From: an uncultured Bacilli bacterium
GTDB taxonomy: Bacteria; Bacillota_I; Bacilli_A; RF39; UBA660
NCBI GenBank assembly: GCA_947625625.1
Contig: CANQPC010000003.1
Location: 1,278-65,277 of the forward strand
DNA length: 64,000 nucleotides
Direction of reading: 5' to 3'
Each line of letters starts with the position of its first letter. Position 1 is the first letter of the stretch. Made by a program: the position numbers and the translations under genes. Positions 29,012 to 38,878 of the stretch are shown here, piece after piece. Below the pieces are notes generated by a model. That model had not been told where the DNA came from and searched no databases. It was given only the letters and a program-made list of their open reading frames with translations.

Positions 29012-29938
29012 ATGAAGAGAATGTTATTTATTACTTTGATAATTATTTTTATTCCTTTTTTTATCGTAAGTATCTTTAATGTCGATAAAAAAAGTGAAAT
29101 AAAATTGAACTATATGTCGAATACTATAATTAGAGTAAAGAGACTAGATAGTAATGAAATAGTCTATTTACCTTTTGAGGAATATATTGTCGGCGTTTTA
29201 GCGGGAGAAATGCCGATATATTTTGAAAAAGAAGCTTTAAAAGCTCAAGCTGTGGCCGCTAGAAGTTATGCACTTAAAAGAATTGGCTATAATAGTGACA
29301 ATGATTATGATGTTGTCGATTCGGTTTTGAATCAAGTTTATTTAGATAATGATTACTTAAAGAAGGCTTGGGGAGATAATTATGTAAGTAATATTAACAA
29401 ACTTAGGGAAGTAGTCAATGAAACTAGTTTGGAATATTTGGACTATGATGGAGAAGTTATTGATGCTTTGTTTTTTTCGACTAGTAATGGTTATACGGAA
29501 ACGGCTTCATTGGTCTTTGATTTGGATTTGCCATATTTGAAGAGTGTTAAATCGGAATGGGATTCTAAAACTAGTTCGGTTTTTAGAGCTAGGGCGACAA
29601 TGAGTCTTAATAGTTTTTATGAAAAGATTGGTCTTCCGTATAATGAAAATTTAACTGTTAAAGTATTGGAAAGAAGTTCTACTAATAGAATAATGTCGAT
29701 ATCAATAAATGATATGGTCTTTTCTGGAAAAGATTTATACAATAAATTGGGATTAAAATCAACTGATTTTTCGTTAATTCAGGATGGAGATAGTGTTATT
29801 ATCGATACTGTTGGGTATGGGCATGGAGTAGGAATGAGTCAATATGGGGCTGAAGGTATGGCTGAAGAAGGATATAGTTATGTTGATATTCTTAAATATT
29901 ATTATAATGGTACTTCAATTAAAAAAATGGAAAATTAG
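29012..29938 (+). CDS. spoIID: Stage II sporulation protein D (lytic transglycosylase)
   Basis: AVAARSYA, FFSTSNGYTE and GHGVGMSQYGA motifs. Confidence 0.9.
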   Translation: MKRMLFITLIIIFIPFFIVSIFNVDKKSEIKLNYMSNTIIRVKRLDSNEIVYLPFEEYIVGVLAGEMPIYFEKEALKAQAVAARSYALKRIGYNSDNDYDVVDSVLNQVYLDNDYLKKAWGDNYVSNINKLREVVNETSLEYLDYDGEVIDALFFSTSNGYTETASLVFDLDLPYLKSVKSEWDSKTSSVFRARATMSLNSFYEKIGLPYNENLTVKVLERSSTNRIMSISINDMVFSGKDLYNKLGLKSTDFSLIQDGDSVIIDTVGYGHGVGMSQYGAEGMAEEGYSYVDILKYYYNGTSIKKMEN

Positions 29939-29985
29939 AGTATATATTTTATTTTTTAGGAAACAATTATACTAGAGGTGAGAAT

Positions 29986-30627
29986 ATGAATAGTAGAAGA
30001 ATTAAACCATTTTTGATGCCCGCAATATACGGAGGTTTAGTATTAGTTTTTTTAGTTAGTATGTATTTTGCTAAAGATTTATTTAGTAATTATCTTTTTT
30101 CTAGTGATAATCCTATTGAATATGTCGATGGGGAAATTACAGAAGATAAAAATAATGAATTACCAGTTGTAAGTACTACTTTAAAAATAGTTAGACCATA
30201 TCTTGATAGCTCTGTTTCGATTTCAAAAACTTTTTATGATTATGAAGGAGAGGCTAGCGAACAAGAAAATTCGATAATTTTTTATGAAGATACTTATATT
30301 CAAAATTCAGGAGTAGATTATACTAGTAATGATAAATTTGATATTATAAGTATACTTGATGGAACAGTAATATCTGTTGAGGAAAATGATATACTTGGCA
30401 CTACGGTAGAAATTAGACATAGTAATGATTTGATTTCGGTATATCAAAGTTTATCAGAAGTAGCGGTAAAAAAAGATGATGAAGTTATTCAAGGACAGAT
30501 AATTGCTAAAAGTGGGCTTTCAAATATTAGTAAGTCTTTAGGTAATCATTTACATTTTGAACTTTATTATAAGGGAAAAATTGTAAATCCTGAGGAATAT
30601 TATAATAAATCATTAGATGAATTATAG
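29986..30627 (+). CDS. M23-family peptidase-domain protein (SpoIIQ-like position)
   Basis: N-terminal TM segment and a LytM domain (GNHLHFELYYKGKIVNP). Lies between spoIID and spoIIID. Confidence 0.75.
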   Translation: MNSRRIKPFLMPAIYGGLVLVFLVSMYFAKDLFSNYLFSSDNPIEYVDGEITEDKNNELPVVSTTLKIVRPYLDSSVSISKTFYDYEGEASEQENSIIFYEDTYIQNSGVDYTSNDKFDIISILDGTVISVEENDILGTTVEIRHSNDLISVYQSLSEVAVKKDDEVIQGQIIAKSGLSNISKSLGNHLHFELYYKGKIVNPEEYYNKSLDEL

Positions 30628-30647
30628 GCAGTTATTGCCTTTTTTTA
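30626..30647 (+). terminator. Rho-independent terminator
   Basis: Stem AGGCA/TGCCT followed by a T7 run. Confidence 0.65.
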
Positions 30648-30692
30648 CATAATCTTTTATATTTCTTAATATAATATCTTAGGTGAAAAGAT

Positions 30693-30950
30693 ATGAATAA
30701 ACAAATTTATGATAGGGTACTTTTTGAGTCACAGTATATTATCGATACGAATGAGACAATAAGAAATGCCGCTACTGTTTTTGGTGTTTCTAAAAGTACT
30801 GTTCATAAGGATTTAAGGGATAGATTATGGGAAATAGATAAAGATATGTATGAAAAAGTGTCAAGTATTTTGCAGTATCATGTTGATATTAAACATATTA
30901 GAGGTGGAGAGTCAACAAAAAGGAAGTTTTTGGCAAAAAAAGTTAATTAA
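30693..30950 (+). CDS. spoIIID: Sporulation transcriptional regulator SpoIIID
   Basis: 85 aa with HTH AATVFGVSKSTVHKDL and the IRGGESTKRKF tail. Confidence 0.92.
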   Translation: MNKQIYDRVLFESQYIIDTNETIRNAATVFGVSKSTVHKDLRDRLWEIDKDMYEKVSSILQYHVDIKHIRGGESTKRKFLAKKVN

Positions 30951-31005
30951 ATATATAAAATTTAGGTAAAATGTGATAAAATGGAAATAAGGATGGTGAT
31001 ACCAA

Positions 31006-31998
31006 GTGTTTAATAAAGATATTGGAATAGACTTAGGAACTGCGAATGTACTTATATATATTAAGGGTCAAGGTATTGTGTTAAATGAACCATCTGTTGT
31101 GGCAATTGATGCTGAAACAAAAAAACCTTTAGCTGTTGGTACGGAGGCACATGAGATGCTTGGTCGCACTCCGGGAAAAGTTAAGGCTATTAAGCCAATG
31201 AAGGATGGAGTTATTGCTGACTTTGAAACTACTGAAGTTATGCTTAATTATTTTATAAAAAAAGTAAATGGAAGAAGTTTTTTATCTAGACCAAGAATAT
31301 TAATTTGTTGTCCTTCAAATATTACTCAGGTTGAAAAGAATGCTATTAAGGAAGCTGCCGAAAGGACGGGGGCAAAAAAGGTATTTTTAGAAGAGGAACC
31401 TAAAGTTGCTTCAATTGGGGCTGGTATGGATATTTCTAAACCTAGTGGTAATATGGTTATAGATATTGGCGGTGGTACTACAGATATTGCAATATTATCA
31501 CTTGGTGGTATTGTAAATAGTTCTTCGATTAGAATTGCAGGAAATGCTTTTGATAATGACATTGTAAAATATATTAAAGATAAATATAAATTGCTCGTTG
31601 GAGAAAGAACTGCTGAAGAAATTAAAATTTCTATTGGTACGGTTTTTCCAGGTTCAAGAAGTGAAAAGATGGAAGTTAGAGGAAGAGACTTAGTAACTGG
31701 ACTTCCACATACTATTACTTTTACTTCAGATGAAGTTGAAGAGGCATTACGAGAAAGTGTCTATACGATTATTCATGCTGTAAAGGGTATTTTGGAACAG
31801 ACTCCACCTGAATTGTCCGCTGATATTATCGATAAGGGAATTGTTCTTACTGGTGGTGGGGCAATGGTCGATGGTTTTGCACAGATTTTATCACAAGAAC
31901 TTAAAGTTCCAGTATTTATAGCGGAATCTCCTCTTACTTGTGTAGCTGAAGGCACTGGAGTTTTACTTGACAATTTATATATGCTTGAAAGACAATAG
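31006..31998 (+). CDS. mbl: MreB/Mbl-family actin-like rod-shape protein
   Basis: DLGTANVL, DIGGGTTD and VLTGGGA motifs. GTG start. The position after spoIIID matches Bacillus mbl; the paralogue assignment is tentative. Confidence 0.85.
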   Translation: MFNKDIGIDLGTANVLIYIKGQGIVLNEPSVVAIDAETKKPLAVGTEAHEMLGRTPGKVKAIKPMKDGVIADFETTEVMLNYFIKKVNGRSFLSRPRILICCPSNITQVEKNAIKEAAERTGAKKVFLEEEPKVASIGAGMDISKPSGNMVIDIGGGTTDIAILSLGGIVNSSSIRIAGNAFDNDIVKYIKDKYKLLVGERTAEEIKISIGTVFPGSRSEKMEVRGRDLVTGLPHTITFTSDEVEEALRESVYTIIHAVKGILEQTPPELSADIIDKGIVLTGGGAMVDGFAQILSQELKVPVFIAESPLTCVAEGTGVLLDNLYMLERQ

Positions 31999-32040
31999 AA
32001 AAACAGGAAAAACTTTTAGATAAAATTTCCTGTTTTTTTG
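31998..32040. terminator. Bidirectional terminator between convergent genes
   Basis: 10-bp stem AAACAGGAAA/TTTCCTGTTT flanked by an A run and a T7 run. Confidence 0.8.
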
Positions 32041-33171
32041 CTATTTTTTATAACTTGGAAAAGTTAATTTACCAGAATATGTAAATGGTATTTTTCTTGA
32101 TAATACATGCTTTGCTTCTTCTATTTGACCTCTACTAAAGTCTTCTTTAGATATGCTTTCTCTTGAACTAATAATGTTATTAAAAGCAGTTACTGTTGGA
32201 GTATGATAGCCAATTGTTTGGGCTTTATCTTCACCAAAAAGAAGATAATCACTAGAAAAGCTTTGGGCTTTGAGGGCTCCTGGTACTCTATTATTATTTC
32301 TTGTTATGCACCATGTATTATCCATGTACTGTTTAATACCATCTAATTCTACTTCGTTCCATGCATGTCCTGGACCAAATATACTACGTACATTAACTTG
32401 GAAAACTGGATTATTTAAAAGTAATGTAGAAGTATTGGCAATACTCATGCATAAACCATAATTATCATTTATTACAGCTTCAATTAAACTAGATCTTCTA
32501 TGTAGTTCTTCTTTTGAAAATGGAGTTGTAACAATATAAATACCATCAGCGGCTTTACTTTCTTCACTTTCTATAAATTGAACGTGTTCTTGAAGATAGT
32601 TAGAAACTAAAATTATTTTTTGCAAATCATTTTCTGGTTGATACTTATTTAGCGATGAGATAATCTCTCTTAATCTCATTAAGCTTTCTTTGGTTATTTC
32701 AGTATTACCATTATTATTAGCTAAGCAATTATTTATTCTGAATAGTGAGATTTTTGCTTTGTCTTGAAAATCAACATTCCACATTATATATGTTAAGGGA
32801 ATTGTCAAGTTAAATTTATCAAAACTATCTGGTTCGATGTAAGAACGATCTATTAGTTGTAGGTCATCTTGTAGATGTAATGTTAAGTTTTCTCTTTCTT
32901 TTAATTCACTGTTAATTAATTTGATACATTCATAATTTTCACAAAATATTTCAAATTCAAAGCGTCTTTCATTTAGTAATAATTTAAGAGTATGTAAAAA
33001 GAAATCAAAATTATTTTTTAATGTTTCAGAGTCAACGTATAATGATGATACGTGACTAGAAATGAATTCGTTGTTCTTACCAAGAATCTCTTTAAAATTA
33101 AATGGCCTTTCCCATACATCATCCATTATTTGTCTTGATGGTAATGGTGGCAATGGTGGTAATTTACTCAT
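32041..33171 (-). CDS. Transglutaminase-like cysteine-protease-fold protein
   Basis: Cys-His-Asp core (YGLCMSIAN, GPGHAWNEV, DNTW). The start is set at MSKLPPLPPLP, which follows AAAGGAGAG; the track start at 33228 is rejected. Confidence 0.6.
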   Translation of the reverse strand: MSKLPPLPPLPSRQIMDDVWERPFNFKEILGKNNEFISSHVSSLYVDSETLKNNFDFFLHTLKLLLNERRFEFEIFCENYECIKLINSELKERENLTLHLQDDLQLIDRSYIEPDSFDKFNLTIPLTYIMWNVDFQDKAKISLFRINNCLANNNGNTEITKESLMRLREIISSLNKYQPENDLQKIILVSNYLQEHVQFIESEESKAADGIYIVTTPFSKEELHRRSSLIEAVINDNYGLCMSIANTSTLLLNNPVFQVNVRSIFGPGHAWNEVELDGIKQYMDNTWCITRNNNRVPGALKAQSFSSDYLLFGEDKAQTIGYHTPTVTAFNNIISSRESISKEDFSRGQIEEAKHVLSRKIPFTYSGKLTFPSYKK

Positions 33172-33232
33172 ATTATCTCTCCTTTTTTTGATAGCCATTA
33201 TAATAACATATATTTGTTCGCTTGTCAAATAT

Positions 33233-34546
33233 TTATGGATTTAGTCTTGATGGTCCTCGAAAAATATACATTGTCTCTTTTAACGATCCTGTTTCTAATA
33301 ATAGCATTGTTATTCTGTCAATTCCAATGGCAAATCCTCCATGAGGAGGGCATCCATACTTAAAAAATTCGAGATAAAATTTTATGTCTTCTCCTAATCC
33401 TTTTTCTTTTGCTTGTTTAAGTAATATTTCATATCTATGTTCCCTTAATGCTAATGTAGTAGTCTCACAACCTTTCCAGATGAGATCTGCTCCTAGAGGA
33501 ATACCATTGTCTCTTTTATGATAGAAAGCTCTTTTTTTAGCACTGAAATCAGTTATAAAGACAAATTCATGTCCGTATTTTTCTTTAACATATTTCGAAG
33601 CTAATTTTTCTGATTCAGCATTCATGTCTCCTACATCTTCGTAATTCATTTTAAATCCGTAATTTTTTTCTAATGTAGTATATAATTCTTGTAATTTAAT
33701 TCTGGGAAATGGTTTAGTTGGGACTATGATGTCAACATCAAATAATTCTTTTATTTGTGTTCCGTATTTTTCTTTTACAGCAGATAAGCCTGCGATAAAT
33801 AAATCTTCTTCAAAGTCCATCAGTTCTTCTAGAGAATCAATGTAACTTATTTCGATATCAAAAGAGGTAAATTCAGTTGTATGACGATATGAATTTGAAT
33901 TTTCGGCACGAAAAGCTGGGGCAATTTCAAAAACACGTTCAAATCCACTAGCCATAGCCATTTGCTTATAAAATTGAGGGCTTTGAGCTAAATATGCTTT
34001 TTTATTAAAGTAATTTACTTCAAAGACATCTGATCCTGATTCACTTGCGGCACTTATAATTTTTGGTGTATGTATTTCGATAAAATTATTATCAATAACA
34101 AATTTTCGCATAGCATTAATAAGACAGGTCTGTACTTTGAACATGAGTAAGTTTTTTTCATTTCTTAAATCTAAAAAGCGATAGTTTAATCTAGTATCTA
34201 ATAGGGCGGACTTGCTATTTTTAAAGTTTAGTGGAAGGTCTTCTTCACTTTTACTAGTAATAACTATACTATTTGGTATTAGTTCAAAACCGTTTAATTT
34301 AACTTTTTCATTTTTTTGTAATTTTCCTATTATTTTAACAGTACTTTCGGAAGTTAAGCTTTCTACTATTTTAAGTAAATTTTGATTATTATCATTTTTT
34401 TCGATAGTAACTTGAATTTTTCCAGTAGAATCTCTTACAATTATAAATGTTACAAATTGAAGTTTTCTGATGTTATCGACAAATCCTTCAATGCATATTT
34501 CCTTTCCTAAATATTCTTGTAAATTTTTAAAATATATTTTTTTCAT
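33233..34546 (-). CDS. aspS: Aspartate--tRNA ligase, archaeal/type-2 form (possibly non-discriminating)
   Basis: 437 aa. QSPQFYKQ, motif 2 FRAENSNSYRHTTEF, motif 3 GGFAIGIDR and a ...RLNP C-terminus. Confidence 0.8.
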   Translation of the reverse strand: MKKIYFKNLQEYLGKEICIEGFVDNIRKLQFVTFIIVRDSTGKIQVTIEKNDNNQNLLKIVESLTSESTVKIIGKLQKNEKVKLNGFELIPNSIVITSKSEEDLPLNFKNSKSALLDTRLNYRFLDLRNEKNLLMFKVQTCLINAMRKFVIDNNFIEIHTPKIISAASESGSDVFEVNYFNKKAYLAQSPQFYKQMAMASGFERVFEIAPAFRAENSNSYRHTTEFTSFDIEISYIDSLEELMDFEEDLFIAGLSAVKEKYGTQIKELFDVDIIVPTKPFPRIKLQELYTTLEKNYGFKMNYEDVGDMNAESEKLASKYVKEKYGHEFVFITDFSAKKRAFYHKRDNGIPLGADLIWKGCETTTLALREHRYEILLKQAKEKGLGEDIKFYLEFFKYGCPPHGGFAIGIDRITMLLLETGSLKETMYIFRGPSRLNP

Positions 34547-34559
34547 TTCATTCCTCCTT

Positions 34560-34822
34560 TATATATAATAAAAATTATAACAGTTCTATTATCCGCAAAG
34601 GGACGAATAACTGTTATAATCCGCGGTACCACCCAATTTATTATATATAAAAGATATATAATCACTTAATTATAGATAACGGTTTAAATCCGACTTATCC
34701 TACTGTTAGTTCAGATAAGTAGCTCGTAGGTGTCTTTCTTTTTAACTTTTATATTATCTTTCACCAAATGATAACTCTCTATAATAAAAATTAAAAATAC
34801 TCTTCCTAGTCATTGCTGATGC
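34560..34822 (-). promoter_or_regulatory. T-box riboswitch leader upstream of aspS
   Basis: On the minus strand: GACTAGGAAGAGTA, AGAGAG and GGTGAAA, then T-box core TGGGTGGTACCGCGG (34621-34635). Terminator stem TTATAACAGTT/AACTGTTATAA plus a T5 run. The specifier is ambiguous within GATAATA (about 34752-34758). Confidence 0.85.
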
Positions 34823-34826
34823 CTAA

Positions 34827-34855
34827 ATTATATATTTATTTTTCTTTTTTGTCAA
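34827..34855 (-). promoter_or_regulatory. Sigma-A consensus promoter for the aspS T-box leader
   Basis: Minus strand TTGACA, 17 bp spacer, TATAAT. Confidence 0.75.
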
Positions 34856-34974
34856 TAGTCGTGTAATATATGAAATTGAGTCGTATTAATGTAAACTTAG
34901 TGACTATTTTATGATAAATGATGTATTTTTCTTGTTTTTTGTGATAAAATTATCTTGAGGGGAAGGATGATATA

Positions 34975-35409
34975 ATGAAAATAGGTTTAGCGAGTGATCA
35001 TCGTGGTTATAGAGCCAAAAATATGCTAAAAGACAGTTTATATAATTATGAAGTAATTGATTATGGAACGGATAATGAAGATTCGGTTGATTTTCCAGTA
35101 TATGCTAAAAAACTTGGAAGAGCTATACAAAATGGAGAAGTAGATCTTGGCGTTGCCATATGTGGAACTGGAATAGGAATGAGTATTACACTTAATAAGA
35201 TGAAGGGAATATATTGTGCTAAAGTATCAAATGTGAGTGAAGCTATGCTTTCTAAATCACATAATAATGCTAATGCTCTTGCTATGTCAGAAGATTTAAG
35301 TGATGAAATGATGTTAGAAATAGTAAATAAGTTTATTGAGACTCCTTTTTCTAATGTTAATAAATATATTAGAAGAAATGATATGATTAAGGAACTTGAA
35401 AATGATTAA
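34975..35409 (+). CDS. rpiB: Ribose-5-phosphate isomerase B
   Basis: LacAB/RpiB motifs SDHRGY and CGTGIGMSI. Confidence 0.9.
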   Translation: MKIGLASDHRGYRAKNMLKDSLYNYEVIDYGTDNEDSVDFPVYAKKLGRAIQNGEVDLGVAICGTGIGMSITLNKMKGIYCAKVSNVSEAMLSKSHNNANALAMSEDLSDEMMLEIVNKFIETPFSNVNKYIRRNDMIKELEND

Positions 35410-35593
35410 ATTAGTTTTATATTTAATTACTATTCCTCTAGTTATTTTTGGAATAGATAGTATAAATATAAATGGTATTTTTAAAAAGAATAAGATATAT
35501 CAAGCTAGAGTATTTTACATATTGTTAGTTTTTGGACTTTCTTATTTAATTACTAATTTTTTATACGATTTTGTGTATGCTGTTAAAATTTGA
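35396..35593 (+). CDS. Small integral membrane protein (DUF1146-like)
   Basis: 65 aa with two TM helices. Overlaps the rpiB stop. The start is either TTG 35396 or ATG 35402. Confidence 0.5.
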   Translation: MKMIKLVLYLITIPLVIFGIDSININGIFKKNKIYQARVFYILLVFGLSYLITNFLYDFVYAVKI

Positions 35594-35618
35594 TCTTTAC
35601 TTTGTGTAAAGATTTTTT
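35593..35618 (+). terminator. Rho-independent terminator
   Basis: Stem ATCTTTAC/GTAAAGAT followed by a T6 run. Confidence 0.75.
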
Positions 35619-35699
35619 AAATTTTAATTATGTTTAAAATAAGTAATATTTCTTTTATTTTTGATAAGATTATGCTAAAATACTAGCAAGAGGGATTTT

Positions 35700-36686
35700 A
35701 TGTTTAAGATAGGTAATGTTGAAATTAAAAATAAAATTGTTTTAGCTCCAATGGCTGGAATATCTAATCCTGCATATATGAAAATATGCGAAGAGATGGG
35801 AGTAGGATATGCCGTTACGGAATTACTTAGTGCGGAGGCTATTATTAGAAATAGTAAAAAGACATTTGATATGTTAAATGGTATTGAGACACTTAAAATT
35901 CCCGTTGGTATACAAATATTTGGTTCTAATTCAGATGTAATGGCAAAAGCTGCTGAAATATTAGTTAATAAATATAATATAAAGATAATTGATATTAATA
36001 TGGGTTGTCCTGTTCCTAAAGTGGCAGTTAAGTCACAAGCAGGAGCTGCATTACTTAAAGATCTTGATAAAATTTATGAGATGGTAAATAATGTTGTCAA
36101 TGCTATAAGTATTCCTGTTACTGTTAAAATTAGAAGTGGTTGGGATGCTAATAGTATAAATGCAGTCGAAGTAGCTAAAGTTATAGAAAAGGCAGGAGCT
36201 AGTGCTATTACAATTCATGGGAGGACTAGAAGTCAAGGATATTCTGGAACTGTCGATTTAGATATCATAAAGAAAGTAAAAGAAAGCGTTTCAATACCAG
36301 TTATTGGCAATGGTGATATAGTTGATATTGCTAGTGCAGAAAGAATGTTATCTTATACTGGTTGTGATGCTATTATGATTGGAAGAGGAGCTTTAGGTAA
36401 CCCATGGCTTATAAAAAAGTTAGTTACTTATTTTGATACTGGAAAGATTTATGATAATCCAACTTATGAAGAAAAAATTATGATGTGTTTTAAACATTTA
36501 GACTATTTGATGAGATTTAAGTGTGAGAAGGTGGCTATTCTAGAAATGAGAAGTCATATTATTTGGTATTTAAAGGGAATGCCTAGAACACAAAATGTTA
36601 AAAGTGAAATATTTAAGGCCTCTACTAAAGAAGAAGTACAAAAAGTTTTAAATAACTATTTAAAAGAAATTAAAAATAGTTTATAA
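35700..36686 (+). CDS. dusB: tRNA-dihydrouridine synthase B
   Basis: LAPMAGISN, DINMGCP and TIHGRTR motifs. Lies upstream of lysS as in Bacillus. Confidence 0.92.
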   Translation: MFKIGNVEIKNKIVLAPMAGISNPAYMKICEEMGVGYAVTELLSAEAIIRNSKKTFDMLNGIETLKIPVGIQIFGSNSDVMAKAAEILVNKYNIKIIDINMGCPVPKVAVKSQAGAALLKDLDKIYEMVNNVVNAISIPVTVKIRSGWDANSINAVEVAKVIEKAGASAITIHGRTRSQGYSGTVDLDIIKKVKESVSIPVIGNGDIVDIASAERMLSYTGCDAIMIGRGALGNPWLIKKLVTYFDTGKIYDNPTYEEKIMMCFKHLDYLMRFKCEKVAILEMRSHIIWYLKGMPRTQNVKSEIFKASTKEEVQKVLNNYLKEIKNSL

Positions 36687-36706
36687 TATTGATTGGAGAT
36701 GAGTTT

Positions 36707-37291
36707 ATGCTGGGAAGCTTTTTTAGAAGATTAGGAGCATTTTTTATCGATTCTTTTATAATTAGTTTTTTTATTTCGATAATTACTTTTGGATTTGAAG
36801 TCGATAATAGTTTGATTAAACAGACAACTGATTTGGCTAATGATTATTTAAATGAAAAAATATCAGTAGAAGAATATAATGAAAAAATTATTGATATTAA
36901 TTATCAATTGCAAAAAGAAAGTGTTTGGATAAATGGAATATCTGCTTCATTATATATAGGTTATTTTATTATTTTTGCTTATTTGAATAAAGGACAGACT
37001 CTCGGTAAGAAAATGCTTAAGTTGAGAATTGTAGGAAAAGATGGTAAACCTGCTAAATTTGTAAATATATTGATTAGAAGTTTATTTATATATGGAATTT
37101 TATCCACTATTTATGCTACTATATTTGTTAATTTCCTCAATGCCAATAATTTCTTTATTGGAGAATCAGCAGTATATACTTTTGAATGGTTCTCGATGGT
37201 AATTATTTTGTTTATGGTTTTATATCGTAAAGATAGAAGAGGTTTACATGATATGATAGCGGGTACTAGTGTGATTAAGGAGGTAAGATAA
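36707..37291 (+). CDS. RDD-family membrane protein
   Basis: FFRRLGAFFIDSFI N-terminus and RRGLHDMIAGT C-terminus. Confidence 0.75.
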   Translation: MLGSFFRRLGAFFIDSFIISFFISIITFGFEVDNSLIKQTTDLANDYLNEKISVEEYNEKIIDINYQLQKESVWINGISASLYIGYFIIFAYLNKGQTLGKKMLKLRIVGKDGKPAKFVNILIRSLFIYGILSTIYATIFVNFLNANNFFIGESAVYTFEWFSMVIILFMVLYRKDRRGLHDMIAGTSVIKEVR

Positions 37292-37292
37292 A

Positions 37293-38759
37293 ATGGAAAG
37301 AAGCGAACAAGAATTAGTAAGAATTGAAAAAATTGATAGAATTAGAGAGGTATGTAATCCTTATCCTGATAAATATGAAAAAACACATTCTTTGAATGAA
37401 GCAAGAAATTTAGTTGATGGTACAGAAAATGTTCGAATAGCGGGAAGAATAGTTTTTATGAGAAAAATGGGAAAACTAAGTTTTGTACGTATTCGTGATA
37501 TTGAGGGAGACATGCAACTTGAAATTAAAATTGATATGGTCGGAGAAGAAAAATATGATTTCTTCAAAAAATTAATTGATATTGGAGATTTTATTGGTGC
37601 TGAAGGGGAAATATTTACAACTCAAACTGGAGAAAAGACGTTAAGAGTTCATTCTTTTGAATTTTTGGGTAAAGCTCTTAGACCATTGCCAGAAAAATTT
37701 CATGGACTTACAGATATGGAAATGAAATATCGTCAGAGATATACTGATTTAATTATGAATGAGGAATCTAGAAGAGTATTTTTAGGCAGAAGTAAACTAT
37801 ATGCTTTTATTCATAAATATTTGGGAGAAAATGGTTTTTTGGAAGTGGAAACACCAATACTTCAGAATGCTGTTACGGGAGCCGCTGCTAGACCATTTTA
37901 TACACATCATAACGCTTTAGATATGGAATGTAATCTTAGAATTGCTCCTGAAACTTATTTGAAGCAATGTATTGCTGGAGGTTTCGATAGAGTGTATGAA
38001 GTCTCGAAGTGTTTTAGAAATGAAGGAATGGATAGTGAGCATCTTCAAGAATTTACACAAGTTGAATGGTATGTTTCATATTGGAATTTTGAAGATACAA
38101 TAAAGTTTTATAAGGATTTTATGCGTAGCTTATTAATGGAAATAGTTGGTACTACAAAGATTGAATATCAAGATTTTGTTCTCGATTTTGGAAAAGATAC
38201 TTGGAAGAGAATTAATTACTGTGAAGAGATGGAAAGAGTACTAGGATTTGACTTTTTAAGTATAGATGACCCATTGGTATTAAAGAAAAAAATTATCGAT
38301 AGTGGCTTATATTCGGAAGCTGAATTGGCTGATTATAAGTCGATTAGTCAGATTATTGATTTTGTCTATAAGAGAAAGATACGTGCAGATATTGTCGAGC
38401 CGACAATTATATATAATTATCCTGCAGTAATGATGCCTCTTACGAGAAGAAATGATGAAGATAATCGAAGGGTAGATATGTTCCAAGTGGTAGCGGCAGG
38501 TACGGAATTATGTAAAGCTTATTCGGAACTTGTCGATCCGATTATTCAGAGGGAAGCTTTTGAAGAACAACTTAAAGCTAAGTCTCAAGGTGATGATGAA
38601 ACGATGGATATGGATGAAGGCTTTTTATCAGCTATGGAACAAGGTATGCCACCGATATCAGGACTTGGTTTTGGTATTGATAGGCTCATGATGATTATCT
38701 TTAATCAAGCTTCAATTAGAGATGTGGTATTATTTCCACAGATGAAAGATAAAAAATAA
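37293..38759 (+). CDS. lysS: Lysine--tRNA ligase (class II)
   Basis: OB-fold N-terminus, YRQRYTDL, motif 2 FRNEGMDSEHLQEFT and motif 3 GFGIDRL. Confidence 0.95.
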   Translation: MERSEQELVRIEKIDRIREVCNPYPDKYEKTHSLNEARNLVDGTENVRIAGRIVFMRKMGKLSFVRIRDIEGDMQLEIKIDMVGEEKYDFFKKLIDIGDFIGAEGEIFTTQTGEKTLRVHSFEFLGKALRPLPEKFHGLTDMEMKYRQRYTDLIMNEESRRVFLGRSKLYAFIHKYLGENGFLEVETPILQNAVTGAAARPFYTHHNALDMECNLRIAPETYLKQCIAGGFDRVYEVSKCFRNEGMDSEHLQEFTQVEWYVSYWNFEDTIKFYKDFMRSLLMEIVGTTKIEYQDFVLDFGKDTWKRINYCEEMERVLGFDFLSIDDPLVLKKKIIDSGLYSEAELADYKSISQIIDFVYKRKIRADIVEPTIIYNYPAVMMPLTRRNDEDNRRVDMFQVVAAGTELCKAYSELVDPIIQREAFEEQLKAKSQGDDETMDMDEGFLSAMEQGMPPISGLGFGIDRLMMIIFNQASIRDVVLFPQMKDKK

Positions 38760-38878
38760 TAATTATTAAAATTATTTATATGAAAAGCATTAGAAAATAA
38801 GGAAGAAACGATATTTTTTCGCTTTTTTTCTTTACTTTTATATCTTTTGTGCTATAATTATTGATAGAGGAGGTTATT

